The notes beneath the pieces are model-generated. The model had not been told where the DNA came from. It searched no databases and saw only the letters and a list, made by a program, of their open reading frames with translations. A program made the translations under genes and the position numbers. From Candidatus Aenigmatarchaeota archaeon (GTDB lineage Archaea > Aenigmatarchaeota > Aenigmatarchaeia > Aenigmatarchaeales > Aenigmatarchaeaceae): DNA of 37,007 bases. The stretch is taken from NCBI GenBank assembly GCA_043814985.1, contig JBDRJK010000008.1:1-37007 (forward strand), given 5' to 3'. Positions 19,604 to 28,655 of the stretch are shown here, one piece after another. Numbering within the stretch: position 1 is the first letter of the stretch; the number at the start of each line of letters is the position of its first letter.

Positions 19604-19897
19604 CTAAATTTCCAAGTTTTCTGATATCTGCTCTTCAGAGAAACCCTTTCCCAAAAGAGAACTAGTGATGTTTTCTCTAAATTTATCCTTTGTACTGGAA
19701 ACAAGAAATCTTTTAAAATAACATGGGATAGAAACCGGCAAAACAGCTAAACCGTAAATAGCTTCAAATGCTACCAAAGCATCCTTCCTTAAATAAACAG
19801 ATTTTGTTGGCCTCATTTTACACTCTGTTTCAAGCTCTTCCACCTTCTCCCTCAGTCTCAAAGGATGAAAATAATCTCTTACTCTCATAATAACCAA
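19604..19897 (-). CDS. Hypothetical protein with one hydrophobic segment
   Basis: 97-aa ORF exactly filling an intergenic gap. Confidence 0.5.
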   Translation of the reverse strand: MVIMRVRDYFHPLRLREKVEELETECKMRPTKSVYLRKDALVAFEAIYGLAVLPVSIPCYFKRFLVSSTKDKFRENITSSLLGKGFSEEQISENLEI

Positions 19898-19958
19898 ATA
19901 AGGTTAATTTGTAAAAGGATTTAAGCTTTTTTATTCAAGCTTCTTCAATATTCTATTT

Positions 19959-21134
19959 ATGGGAGCCAACCAGGAAACCAGATTAAGTACAGATGCTTTT
20001 GATTGGAACAGGTATCCTGTTCTTGACACTTTGAGGAATGCAGCAAACATGTTTGTGAAGAATGTCGACGGCGAGGTCCAGATATGGGCTGCTAGCAGGG
20101 ATTGGTTCATGCATGAATATGGAAGGGACACTTTTATTTCTCTACCAGGCTTGTTGCTTGTCAATGGAAGATTTGATGAGGCTAAGAGCGTCTTCAGAAG
20201 ATTTGCAAAATTCGAGAGGAAGGGTCTGATTCCCAACACAATACAGAACAACAATGCTGAGTACAATTCTGCTGATGCGTCAATGTGGTTCTTCCACGCA
20301 TTGAAATCCTACCTGAGATATACAAGCGACGTTGAGTTCATCAAGGACATGCTGCCTGTAATGAGGAGGATAGTGGGCTCGTACAAGCACGGAACATCAT
20401 ATGAAAGGTATGGAAAAAAACAAATGGTTAAGATGGATAGTGATGGATTGATTATTAGCCCTGCCCAAGCCACATGGATGGATGCTGACTGCTTTGGCAA
20501 ATGCAAACCCTTTACTCCGAGGAACGGCAAGGTAGTTGAAATCAATGCATTATGGTATGACAACCTCAGGTTTCTGTCTATTCTGGACAAGGATTACATT
20601 CCTCTTACTGACCAAGTCAAGAAGTCGTTCAATAAAAAATTCTGGAACAAAGCTGGTTGTCTTTATGATGTGATAGAGGGTGACCCTCAAGGAAAGGCAA
20701 TAAGGCCCAACATGATTTTTGCTGTTCTTAGTGACCTGTTGTCAAAGGTAAAGCAGAGGGCAGTGGTCAAGAAAGTGACTGATGAACTGCTCACCCCAGG
20801 CGGATTGAGAACGCTTTCACCCAAGGATAAAAAATACAGAGGAACTTACGACACTTACTTGCCTGTTGAGGAAAAGGACTTGGCTTATCATCAGGGAACT
20901 GCATGGCCTTGGTTAATAGGAGCATATTGCGATGCCCTCAATGTCGTCGGTAAGGGAAAGATTATAAAGAAAATAATTGGACCGCTTGCCAAGTTCTGTG
21001 TTGAGAGTAAATACAAGTCATTGCCTGAGGTTTTTTCAGGCGATTCACCTTATGAGCCTGGCGGAACTACATCTCAGGCATGGAGCGTTGCAGAAGTTCT
21101 GAGAATTATTGTTGAGAATGGGATTGTTGGATAA
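19959..21134 (+). CDS. Amylo-alpha-1,6-glucosidase (glycogen debranching enzyme, catalytic domain only)
   Basis: YGRDTFISLPGL, GLIPN, YNSADASMWF, TWMDA, TPRNGKVVEINALWY, IRPN, YHQGTAWPWL, SQAWSVAE. Confidence 0.9.
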   Translation: MGANQETRLSTDAFDWNRYPVLDTLRNAANMFVKNVDGEVQIWAASRDWFMHEYGRDTFISLPGLLLVNGRFDEAKSVFRRFAKFERKGLIPNTIQNNNAEYNSADASMWFFHALKSYLRYTSDVEFIKDMLPVMRRIVGSYKHGTSYERYGKKQMVKMDSDGLIISPAQATWMDADCFGKCKPFTPRNGKVVEINALWYDNLRFLSILDKDYIPLTDQVKKSFNKKFWNKAGCLYDVIEGDPQGKAIRPNMIFAVLSDLLSKVKQRAVVKKVTDELLTPGGLRTLSPKDKKYRGTYDTYLPVEEKDLAYHQGTAWPWLIGAYCDALNVVGKGKIIKKIIGPLAKFCVESKYKSLPEVFSGDSPYEPGGTTSQAWSVAEVLRIIVENGIVG

Positions 21135-21142
21135 TTAACATT

Positions 21143-21517
21143 CTATCTCAATACTCTTTCTCCTGATTCATCAACCAATCCCAATTCTTTCTCTAATTCA
21201 GTGATGGCAGTTGCTATTTCTTTTGGAGCCTTCCTGAGCTCTTCGAGAGTTGTACATTTAAAATGATAGACAGTCTCATATTCTGGCTCAGCACCCTCAC
21301 CTTTGCCGAAATCCTGATTTACCACATTCAGTTTATGTTTTTTTCCTATTCTTTCAGCTGCAGCATACTCCCTAACAGTAAGTATAGGAAGCTCTCCTGA
21401 GTAAAGTGATATGCGGGAATAATCGCTATTGGAAACGCTCGTGTCAACCGAATCAGAACCAAACCTAAATTTAGTTTTTTTAATAAATTCATGACCTTCT
21501 TTATTAGGTATTGGCAT
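21143..21517 (-). CDS. Hypothetical protein (paralog of 33526-33834)
   Basis: 124-aa ORF with its own upstream TTTAAA-type box; shares an AExI...GEG...VY...C motif with the 33526 ORF. Confidence 0.6.
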   Translation of the reverse strand: MPIPNKEGHEFIKKTKFRFGSDSVDTSVSNSDYSRISLYSGELPILTVREYAAAERIGKKHKLNVVNQDFGKGEGAEPEYETVYHFKCTTLEELRKAPKEIATAITELEKELGLVDESGERVLR

Positions 21518-21575
21518 TTTATCACTATGAAGAATATTGGTCAGAAATCTTTAAATATATTTTTCCAAATTAGAA

Positions 21576-22724
21576 TCAGTACTCTATCTTGTTCTTCTCT
21601 ATGTAATCATAAACTTTCTCAGCTGTCTTTACCATTCCAAAAATCCTGAACCACATCAGAGCATCCTTGTAAGCCTTCTCCCTGATGGCCTTCTTGGTCT
21701 CTTCGGAAACATTCTCTATTTCATTAAAAAACTGCTTTGTCGCGTACTTGCTGCTCTTGGCAAAGACTTCCGCATCATTCACGCCTTCCTTCTTGTAATT
21801 GGAAATTGTCCAGTCATATATCCTCTTATATAGGCCGGGCTCAGACACCTTCAGGATGTCCCAAACCAAAAGCATCCAGTGCGTCCCCACATTGCACTTG
21901 CTTATCTTACCCCTTGGAAAGTGCTTCTCTATCAGGTCTAACGGGGTTCCTGTTGTCCCGTGCTGCACAATCCTCGTCTTATACTTTTCAGAAATAGCGT
22001 CAGCAATCTCGACGGTCCTCTCCAAGTTGACTCCCATCTGAGGTATTATCTTGCCTTGAGCATCAACACTCACTCCATGCTTTGTCCCGTTAGCAATGGC
22101 CAGCCAGTTGAGCTCGATGTTATTCTCCTTTAACTTATCAAGAAAATGAACAGCCTCAATAACTTGGGTAAACTCCTTGATACCAATCTCCCCAACTTCT
22201 CCCTCCTTGCCGAAATATTTCAGTCCCTTTGCCTTGAGATAGTTGAAAAGCAGAACATACTTTTCAATAACGTTAGCAAGATGACCCTCAACATTGTCCT
22301 TGGAAGTGTCAAAGAGGAATGATGTGTCAATAGCATAGCTCGAGAAGCCTGCATCGACCCTTGCGTCTATCTCCTTCTTCACTTTCTCGATTTCCTCGTC
22401 ATTCCCCGTCTTGACAGTAATGTGATCAGCATGAAGAACATAACCGAACCAGCCAACTTTCTCAGCAGACTCAATCACACGCTTCGCGTACAAGGCAGGA
22501 GTCACTCCGCAATAGCCTCCGTTCAAATCCATCTCAGAAAGAGCCATCTCCAAGATAAAAACATTCTCTGTTTCCTTAGCTGCCTTTAATATCCCTTCAA
22601 CAACTTCCTTGGTAACCCTAGTGTTCGCAGCAAGAATTATCTCCTTCGGAGGAAACAACGCGTCGAACATCACATCCCCTGGCAAAGGGTTTCTCTTTTT
22701 ACTAAAATAATCAATATGATTCAT
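21576..22724 (-). CDS. fba: Class II fructose-bisphosphate aldolase
   Basis: LHADH, EGEVGEIG, ANGTKHG, VQHGTTG, KCNVGT; coupled to pfk. Confidence 0.88.
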   Translation of the reverse strand: MNHIDYFSKKRNPLPGDVMFDALFPPKEIILAANTRVTKEVVEGILKAAKETENVFILEMALSEMDLNGGYCGVTPALYAKRVIESAEKVGWFGYVLHADHITVKTGNDEEIEKVKKEIDARVDAGFSSYAIDTSFLFDTSKDNVEGHLANVIEKYVLLFNYLKAKGLKYFGKEGEVGEIGIKEFTQVIEAVHFLDKLKENNIELNWLAIANGTKHGVSVDAQGKIIPQMGVNLERTVEIADAISEKYKTRIVQHGTTGTPLDLIEKHFPRGKISKCNVGTHWMLLVWDILKVSEPGLYKRIYDWTISNYKKEGVNDAEVFAKSSKYATKQFFNEIENVSEETKKAIREKAYKDALMWFRIFGMVKTAEKVYDYIEKNKIEY

Positions 22725-22728
22725 TATC

Positions 22729-23760
22729 TCACATCATAGAAAAGAAGTCTGTTAGTTTCAAAAGATCCTTACTCAAAGTCCTGTTTTTCTCAACAACCTT
22801 CTCTAGCTTTACTGGAGCTATCTTTATTCCTTTAAGCACAACAGCATAGCCGAACTTTCCTTTTTTCACCAAGTCAACTGCAGCAATCCCCAAGCGGATT
22901 CCGAAGTTTATGTCGAATGCAACTGGCGACCCTCCTCTCTGGACATGACCAAGAACAACAGACCTTGTGGACTTGCCAGTTCTCTTTTCTATCTCCTTTG
23001 CCAGGGTCTCGGCTATTCCTCCGAGCCTCTCGTGGCCGAACTCGTCCTTCTCCTTGCTTACTGTTACTAAATCACCAATGCTCTTGGGCTTTGCTCCCTC
23101 TGCAACCGCAATCACAGTGTAGGTCTCTCCTTTCTTCTCTCTCTTCATTATTGTCCTGCAAACCGATTTTATGTCAAAGTCCTTTTCAGGAACAAGAATT
23201 ATGTGAGCTCCTCCAGCAAGGCCTGCCATCAATGTCAGCCAGCCTGCATGCCTTCCCATTATCTCTGCTATTAACACTCTGTCATGGGACTTGGCAGTTG
23301 TCTGCAACCTTGCTATTTCTTCTGCTGCTGTTGCAACTGCTGTCTGGAAACCTATGCAGTAATCAGTAGATGATAAATCATTGTCAATAGTTTTAGGAAC
23401 GCCAACCACATTGACACCAAGGTCATTAAGCTTCTTGGCTGCTCCCAAGGTGTCGTCCCCTCCTATGATGACCATGGCATCAATGTTGAGTTTCTTGAGG
23501 TTATCCATTGCTTTCTTTGTTTCTTCCTCTGACTTGAAGGGGTTCTTTCTGGATGTTCCCAGCAATGTGCCACCGTCCTGATAAATGTCCCTGACATTCT
23601 TCATGTCAAGAGGCATTGTCCTTCCATTGATCAAACCATCATAGCCATCAAGAAAACCTATTACTTCACACTTGTAATCAGCAGCTCTCTTTACAACTGC
23701 CTGTATAACAGCATTCAAACCAGGGCAGTCTCCGCCGCCTGTCATCACACCAATCTTCAT
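22729..23760 (-). CDS. pfkA: 6-phosphofructokinase, PFK-A family (D104/K124 signature, probably PPi-dependent)
   Basis: TGGGDCPGLNAVI, GGTLLGTSR, IGGDDT, VPKTIDND, EIMGRHAG, LGHVQRGG. Confidence 0.93.
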   Translation of the reverse strand: MKIGVMTGGGDCPGLNAVIQAVVKRAADYKCEVIGFLDGYDGLINGRTMPLDMKNVRDIYQDGGTLLGTSRKNPFKSEEETKKAMDNLKKLNIDAMVIIGGDDTLGAAKKLNDLGVNVVGVPKTIDNDLSSTDYCIGFQTAVATAAEEIARLQTTAKSHDRVLIAEIMGRHAGWLTLMAGLAGGAHIILVPEKDFDIKSVCRTIMKREKKGETYTVIAVAEGAKPKSIGDLVTVSKEKDEFGHERLGGIAETLAKEIEKRTGKSTRSVVLGHVQRGGSPVAFDINFGIRLGIAAVDLVKKGKFGYAVVLKGIKIAPVKLEKVVEKNRTLSKDLLKLTDFFSMM

Positions 23761-23829
23761 TAAAATCACTCTTAATGATTTAGTATTATGGGTATATAAT
23801 TTTTCATTATCTGGAAGATTGATAGAAAA

Positions 23830-24714
23830 CTAAAGCCCCAAAAATCTCATGGTGTTTTCTTCTGTCACTCTATATATTTCTTCTTCTGTTAAACCATCAA
23901 GCACTCCTTTCTCCTTTTCGTAGCTGCCGTTATTCAGGGAGCAGAAAGGCGCGTCAGAGCCCCATGTAACATTGTAAGGCGATATCTCCAGAAGCTTCTT
24001 CAGGACAGAGTTCGGGTTCTCATAGTCAGCCTCTATTTTGTCAATGGCCTTATCTTCCAAACTGCAGAGATATGAAAGAGGCGAGCAGTCAAAGAAGAAA
24101 TTCCTCAGCTTTGCTGCTTCATCAACAAACCTCTGGGAGAACATACCAAAATGCGCTGCTGCAATCCTTATTTCAGGATGTCTCTTTGCTATTTCAACAA
24201 GCTCCATAGGGTCCTCATATTCCTTATCCTTATAGTCTGGATGCCAGGTGTGTACTGTGAGGGAAAGGTCATTTTCCCTTATCATGTCTATCAGCCTTGG
24301 CTCTTCCAAGCTACTAATGGGCAACCTGTCTCTGGGACCGTGAAATTTCAAACCGTAAACGTTCTCTTCTTTCAGCCTTTTCTCCAGATAGCTCAGTGAT
24401 TCCTCTTTGTTCGGGATAACAGAAAGAAAGGGAATAAGACTTTTATCTTCATTTGAGGCAGACAAGATATAGTTATTTGCAAATTCATAATATGTCCGCA
24501 ATGCAAAAAGCTCTGTTTTTCCGTTCTTTAAACCCTTGAGCACTATCTCTGAGGAACTTGGAAAGGGGAAGACAACTGCCCTTTCCACCTTGTTCTTCTT
24601 CATTGTCCTCTTCAAATCTTCGTAAATTAAATCCGTGGGAACAATATCGCCAAATTCAACTTTGTCAATTAAATAATAGCTGTTTTTCCCCAAATGGACA
24701 TGAGCGTCTATCAT
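23830..24714 (-). CDS. Amidohydrolase family (TIM barrel) metal-dependent hydrolase
   Basis: IDAHVH, GLKFH, VHT, AAHFG, WGSDAP. Confidence 0.85.
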   Translation of the reverse strand: MIDAHVHLGKNSYYLIDKVEFGDIVPTDLIYEDLKRTMKKNKVERAVVFPFPSSSEIVLKGLKNGKTELFALRTYYEFANNYILSASNEDKSLIPFLSVIPNKEESLSYLEKRLKEENVYGLKFHGPRDRLPISSLEEPRLIDMIRENDLSLTVHTWHPDYKDKEYEDPMELVEIAKRHPEIRIAAAHFGMFSQRFVDEAAKLRNFFFDCSPLSYLCSLEDKAIDKIEADYENPNSVLKKLLEISPYNVTWGSDAPFCSLNNGSYEKEKGVLDGLTEEEIYRVTEENTMRFLGL

Positions 24715-24759
24715 GAATTCACTTGATAGGATTTGTGTGGAAAGCTTTTTATGGCTGTT

Positions 24760-25263
24760 CTAAGAAACAGCCGGTACTTCAACATCTTTTCTAAGGAAGT
24801 AGTTGGCAGCTATCTTGACGCCAATGTCTATCTTGCGGTTTCTCCCATCTATTGGCAAGAATATTTCCCATGACTTTTGATTATTCTCTGCAAGCTCTTG
24901 GGCTGGCACAAAAATAACGCCTCTCTGGAAGTCCGCTTTCTCAAAAAGCTTGTCAACATAAAAAGTCACAATCTCCAGTTCACTATCAGTGGTGCGACAC
25001 GGCAATGTTAATCTTTCAACCTTGCTCACGTCCCTCATCCTTACCTTTCTTCTGTTCCGAAGAGCTCTTCCCCTGGCACCAATAAAGCCAACCAAGTCGT
25101 TCGGGGATGTTTTTAGAGTATCATATAAAACCGGGTTCCTAACTTCGTCTGCACCCTGATAGGGAAGCTTGTAGGAACGGTTGAAGAAGCAGTATATTGC
25201 AGGTATCTCTATTTCATCTTCTTTAACATGCATTGCCAACTGGGCATTGTATATGCTGTTCAT
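24760..25263 (-). CDS. Hypothetical protein
   Basis: 167-aa ORF with no recognisable motif and a promoter-like element upstream. Confidence 0.6.
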   Translation of the reverse strand: MNSIYNAQLAMHVKEDEIEIPAIYCFFNRSYKLPYQGADEVRNPVLYDTLKTSPNDLVGFIGARGRALRNRRKVRMRDVSKVERLTLPCRTTDSELEIVTFYVDKLFEKADFQRGVIFVPAQELAENNQKSWEIFLPIDGRNRKIDIGVKIAANYFLRKDVEVPAVS

Positions 25264-25276
25264 GACAATCTTTAGT

Positions 25277-25307
25277 TAGTTGTTAAGAAAGCTTTAAGCG
25301 TGTTTCG
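25277..25307. repeat. 31-bp promoter-like repeat (28/31 identical to 26810-26840)
   Basis: tagttgttaagaaagctttaagcgtgtttcg vs tagttgagaagaaagctttaagcgtctttcg; each lies just upstream of a minus-strand orphan gene. Confidence 0.75.
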
Positions 25308-25341
25308 GCTGGAGGGGTTTAAATGCTTTTATGTTCTGTAA

Positions 25342-26016
25342 ATGTTTATGAAAGGCGAGCAGCTGACAGCAGACAGACTGGCAGACGCAATAGACATTTT
25401 GACAGCCGAAGGTCTAACACCAGATGTCAGTGTCAGGTATTTCACTTCTTCAAAGAATTTCAGGAAGTGCTCCATTCCGGATGAGAAGTTTGTATTTGCC
25501 AACCTCAAGGAACTTTCATTCAGGAATGTTGAGGACTTGGAGAGAAGGTACTCTGTCCAGCTTACAAGGGGCAACAACAGGGGCAATTACTGCATTGTAG
25601 ACGCTGAAAGCAAGAGCGAGAAGATCCCCGATTATCTTGATTATGACAACGGACTTCACAACAGAATATCCGCCTTCCTGCAGGGAAGAAGGGAGCCCTC
25701 CTTCGGAATGCTGGGCTATGCTGTTGCTGACATACAGAAGCCCGTGGGAACAAGAACAGCCCTTGAGCTGGAGGACCTGCTGGAGGAGAACGAGTTCGGG
25801 GCAATGGACGTGGTTTCCGCCTTCGAGAATTTGTCTGCAGAGGACATCAGGAACTCTAATCTGCCTCACGACCAGCTGATCAGGGTTGTCTCAGGGTTCA
25901 GGAATGACGGGAAGGAAGTGGCTGGAATATACTGGCATAATGTAGTCAAAAGGGAGATAATAGTAGACGCTCCCCCAATCCTTAGGAAAGAGATACTTGA
26001 AGTTCTTAGGAAGTGA
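25342..26016 (+). CDS. Hypothetical protein
   Basis: 224-aa ORF with host-like codon usage; no motif recognised. Confidence 0.7.
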   Translation: MFMKGEQLTADRLADAIDILTAEGLTPDVSVRYFTSSKNFRKCSIPDEKFVFANLKELSFRNVEDLERRYSVQLTRGNNRGNYCIVDAESKSEKIPDYLDYDNGLHNRISAFLQGRREPSFGMLGYAVADIQKPVGTRTALELEDLLEENEFGAMDVVSAFENLSAEDIRNSNLPHDQLIRVVSGFRNDGKEVAGIYWHNVVKREIIVDAPPILRKEILEVLRK

Positions 26017-26094
26017 TTTTTCTTTAAATGGTTTTCAGCAAGGCTTAAATGCCAAAAATACGAATAGAATAATAATAAAGAAGGAGATGATAAT

Positions 26095-26331
26095 ATGGCT
26101 ACAAAAAGAACATCCAGGCGAACAAAGAAAGACATCGTATGCTGCTCAATGAAAGACAACATGTACGGAAAAGAAAGCGGAGGTTGCCTTTATTTCTTGG
26201 GATTCATTGGCGCATTGATATACTACATAACCACTGCCCCGACCTTTTGGGACGCGGTTGTGGGATTCCTCAAGGCGATTGTATGGCCTGCTTTCCTTGT
26301 CTATGGGTCCATGATGGCATTGGGATTATAG
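26095..26331 (+). CDS. Small membrane protein (2 TM)
   Basis: GGCLYFLGFIGALIYYI...FW..VVGFLKAIVWPAFLVY; AAGGAG RBS upstream. Confidence 0.75.
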   Translation: MATKRTSRRTKKDIVCCSMKDNMYGKESGGCLYFLGFIGALIYYITTAPTFWDAVVGFLKAIVWPAFLVYGSMMALGL

Positions 26332-26410
26332 AAGCAAGCTGTTAGAAGTTAGTTTTTATTCTAGTTTTTTTATTTTGTTAGCATGAAGAATAAGCTAAGC
26401 CTTTAGAGTG

Positions 26411-26803
26411 CTATACAGAAACGGGTTTTGGTTTCCAATCTCTCAACTCGTCCAGCTCGTTGACAAAAAGCGGGAAGTTCCTGTTCGGAACATTCTCCAT
26501 GAGCTTTTCAATATTGCACTTGAACAGCTGCCTGTCAGTGTAAATCTCGTCAAGGTTAGGATTGATTGCCTGGGAGCTGTTCCCGCCACGAATTCTAGAA
26601 AACTCATCCTCTTTAACAAAATACGATGATTCGGAATGGAAAATTAATCTTATAACATCATAGGAGAATTTGCCGCCTAAAAATTTTCCGGCCTTAAACC
26701 AGAGCGGCTTTTCTTCGCACGAATCATTTAATATGATGCCTATTGTCTGGTATCTTGGAAGATTCCCCTCTATAGAAGCTTTGACAAAGTCTATTGGTTT
26801 CAT
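26411..26803 (-). CDS. Hypothetical protein
   Basis: 130-aa ORF downstream of the IMPase gene. Confidence 0.55.
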   Translation of the reverse strand: MKPIDFVKASIEGNLPRYQTIGIILNDSCEEKPLWFKAGKFLGGKFSYDVIRLIFHSESSYFVKEDEFSRIRGGNSSQAINPNLDEIYTDRQLFKCNIEKLMENVPNRNFPLFVNELDELRDWKPKPVSV

Positions 26804-26826
26804 ATTCTATAGTTGAGAAGAAAGCT

Positions 26827-27618
26827 TTAAGCGTCTTTCGACATGGTCTTCTTTACTATCTCGACCAGCTTGTCATGGATTAAACCGTTAGAAGCTATGC
26901 AGCCCTTTATTTCTCCATCATATCTCTGCTCGTTGCCGTACAAATCAGTGACTTTTCCACCAGCCTCCTCGACAATTATCTTTGAGGCAGCAATGTCATG
27001 GGAATATTTTGTCGGATTGATGGCTGCGAAAAGCTCGCCTGCGGCCACCAGGTAAGCTGAGTAGGCCACTGAACCCAAGTCAATGGGATATGCATCCTCG
27101 TCACAGAGGTTCTTGTACATTCTAGAGATATCAAAGGAGGCGCCCTTCCAGTAGCATACATAGATTAGGGCGTGCTTGAGATTTGGATTAGTTGAAACCT
27201 TGATTGGCTTATCGTTGAGGAAGGCGCCCTCGCCCTTTACAGCTGAGAACATCCTGTCCATGAAAGGGTCGTAGATTACACCTGCAATCGGTATTCCGTC
27301 CTCTAGATAGGCTAAAGAGAATACGCACATTGGTATGCCGTGCCTGAACATTGTGGTGCCGTCTATGGGGTCGCAGACCCAGAGCTTGCTGCTTTTCCTG
27401 GCCATGTTGCTTTGCTCCTCTGCCAGGACGTCATGCTCTGGAAACCTTTTCTTGACAGCCTCAATCACCATGCGGTTTATCATAATATCGGTCTTGGTCA
27501 CTTCTGTGTCGTCGGGCTTCAGCCAGCTCTCCGCGCCCAGCTTGAAGCTCTCGCTCATCATCCTGCCGGCCCTTTTCGCAAGCTCCACGGCGAAGCTCTT
27601 CTCCTCATTGTAAGCCAT
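26827..27618 (-). CDS. Inositol monophosphatase family protein (SuhB/FBPase-like)
   Basis: VTKTD, LAEE, WVCDPIDGT, LGS, HDIAA...VEEAGGKVTD. Confidence 0.92.
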   Translation of the reverse strand: MAYNEEKSFAVELAKRAGRMMSESFKLGAESWLKPDDTEVTKTDIMINRMVIEAVKKRFPEHDVLAEEQSNMARKSSKLWVCDPIDGTTMFRHGIPMCVFSLAYLEDGIPIAGVIYDPFMDRMFSAVKGEGAFLNDKPIKVSTNPNLKHALIYVCYWKGASFDISRMYKNLCDEDAYPIDLGSVAYSAYLVAAGELFAAINPTKYSHDIAASKIIVEEAGGKVTDLYGNEQRYDGEIKGCIASNGLIHDKLVEIVKKTMSKDA

Positions 27619-27766
27619 ACCAGAGATTTGGACTGAGAGAATAAAAGGGTGGTGGATTGGGAAGTGGGTTATTCTAAGCCTCGAGAGGGATGTACCAAAA
27701 TGGGTGAATCCCTAAAAGCCTTAAATTCTAGATTTTTACCACTTCTAGTGGTCAAATATTATGATT

Positions 27767-28030
27767 TTACTTGTCTTTTCTTAATGCCCCTTCTTTGATA
27801 AGTTTCATAAGTGCGTATATTTCTCCTGCTATTGGGGAATCAACTCTATCTTTTGGATTAACCGCCCAAGCTGGTTGAAAAGAATTGGAATAACTGCTAT
27901 AAACTATTTTTTCTTCGTGATGAACAAATTTTCCCTGACCTGGGCAGAAAGTATATTTGCCAGGATTTAAAATAGCTGCCTCGACACTATTATTAAACTC
28001 TTTCATCTTTTTTATAAACTCTTCACTCAT
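27767..28030 (-). CDS. Hypothetical protein, AT-rich
   Basis: 87-aa ORF flanked by repeated palindromic motifs. Confidence 0.55.
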   Translation of the reverse strand: MSEEFIKKMKEFNNSVEAAILNPGKYTFCPGQGKFVHHEEKIVYSSYSNSFQPAWAVNPKDRVDSPIAGEIYALMKLIKEGALRKDK

Positions 28031-28170
28031 TTACAACACCCCATTAAATCATAGAATATTAAACCTTAAATTAACCACTTTCAGTAGTCAACGAACTTTA
28101 TTTAGTAACAAGAGGCCTCGAGAGTGTTTTACAGAAATGGATAAAACCCCATTTGACTGGAAGGCTTTGC

Positions 28171-28315
28171 TTATACCATAGTGTTCTTGATTATCTCAAC
28201 AACTTGAAGTTCTCGCTTATCATCCACAACGTCAAGCTCCACGGCGAAGCTCTTCTCCTCATTGTAAGCCATATCAAACATTTGGACTGAGAGAATAAAA
28301 GGATGGTGGTGTTGG
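28171..28315 (-). pseudogene. Internally deleted duplicate of the inositol monophosphatase gene plus its upstream region
   Basis: 28233-28302 is 67/70 identical to 27579-27648, and 28203-28225 matches 27541-27563. The remnant ORF 28171-28272 reads MAYNEEKSFAVEL...VVEIIKNTMV*, joining the IMPase N-terminus to a C-terminus like LVEIVKKTM. Confidence 0.85.
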
Positions 28316-28382
28316 AGAAACGGGGAGTGTTTTTATTTAGTAACTATAACATATTTAATAATAGCTCATAAATAATTAATTA

Positions 28383-28634
28383 ATGTCAGACTATTGTCCT
28401 ATCTGCCAAAAAAGATTTAAGGACATATTAAAACATTTTTCATACTATCATGAAATCGGGGATATGGAACAATTAAAAAAAGAGGTCAAGTTAGCTGAAA
28501 GTGAAGAAAAAAGAAGAGAAGCATATGGAAAATTTATTAAAGAAATTAATCAAAAACTTGAGAAAAAAGAAATTGACATTAAAGAATGGAGAAGATTAAG
28601 AGAAGTATGGGAAAGGAAAAATCCTAAAACTTAG
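28383..28634 (+). CDS. C2H2 zinc-finger protein with charged helical tail
   Basis: YCPICQKRFKDILKHFSYYH. Confidence 0.75.
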   Translation: MSDYCPICQKRFKDILKHFSYYHEIGDMEQLKKEVKLAESEEKRREAYGKFIKEINQKLEKKEIDIKEWRRLREVWERKNPKT

Positions 28635-28655
28635 TTTTTATAAAACGAGTTGAAA

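Noticed and set aside
28097..28344. 13-bp direct repeat tttatttagtaac (28097-28109, 28332-28344) flanking the IMPase remnant as a possible target-site duplication
   Set aside because: Short and very AT-rich; I cannot separate it from chance or from the wider duplication scar without comparative data.
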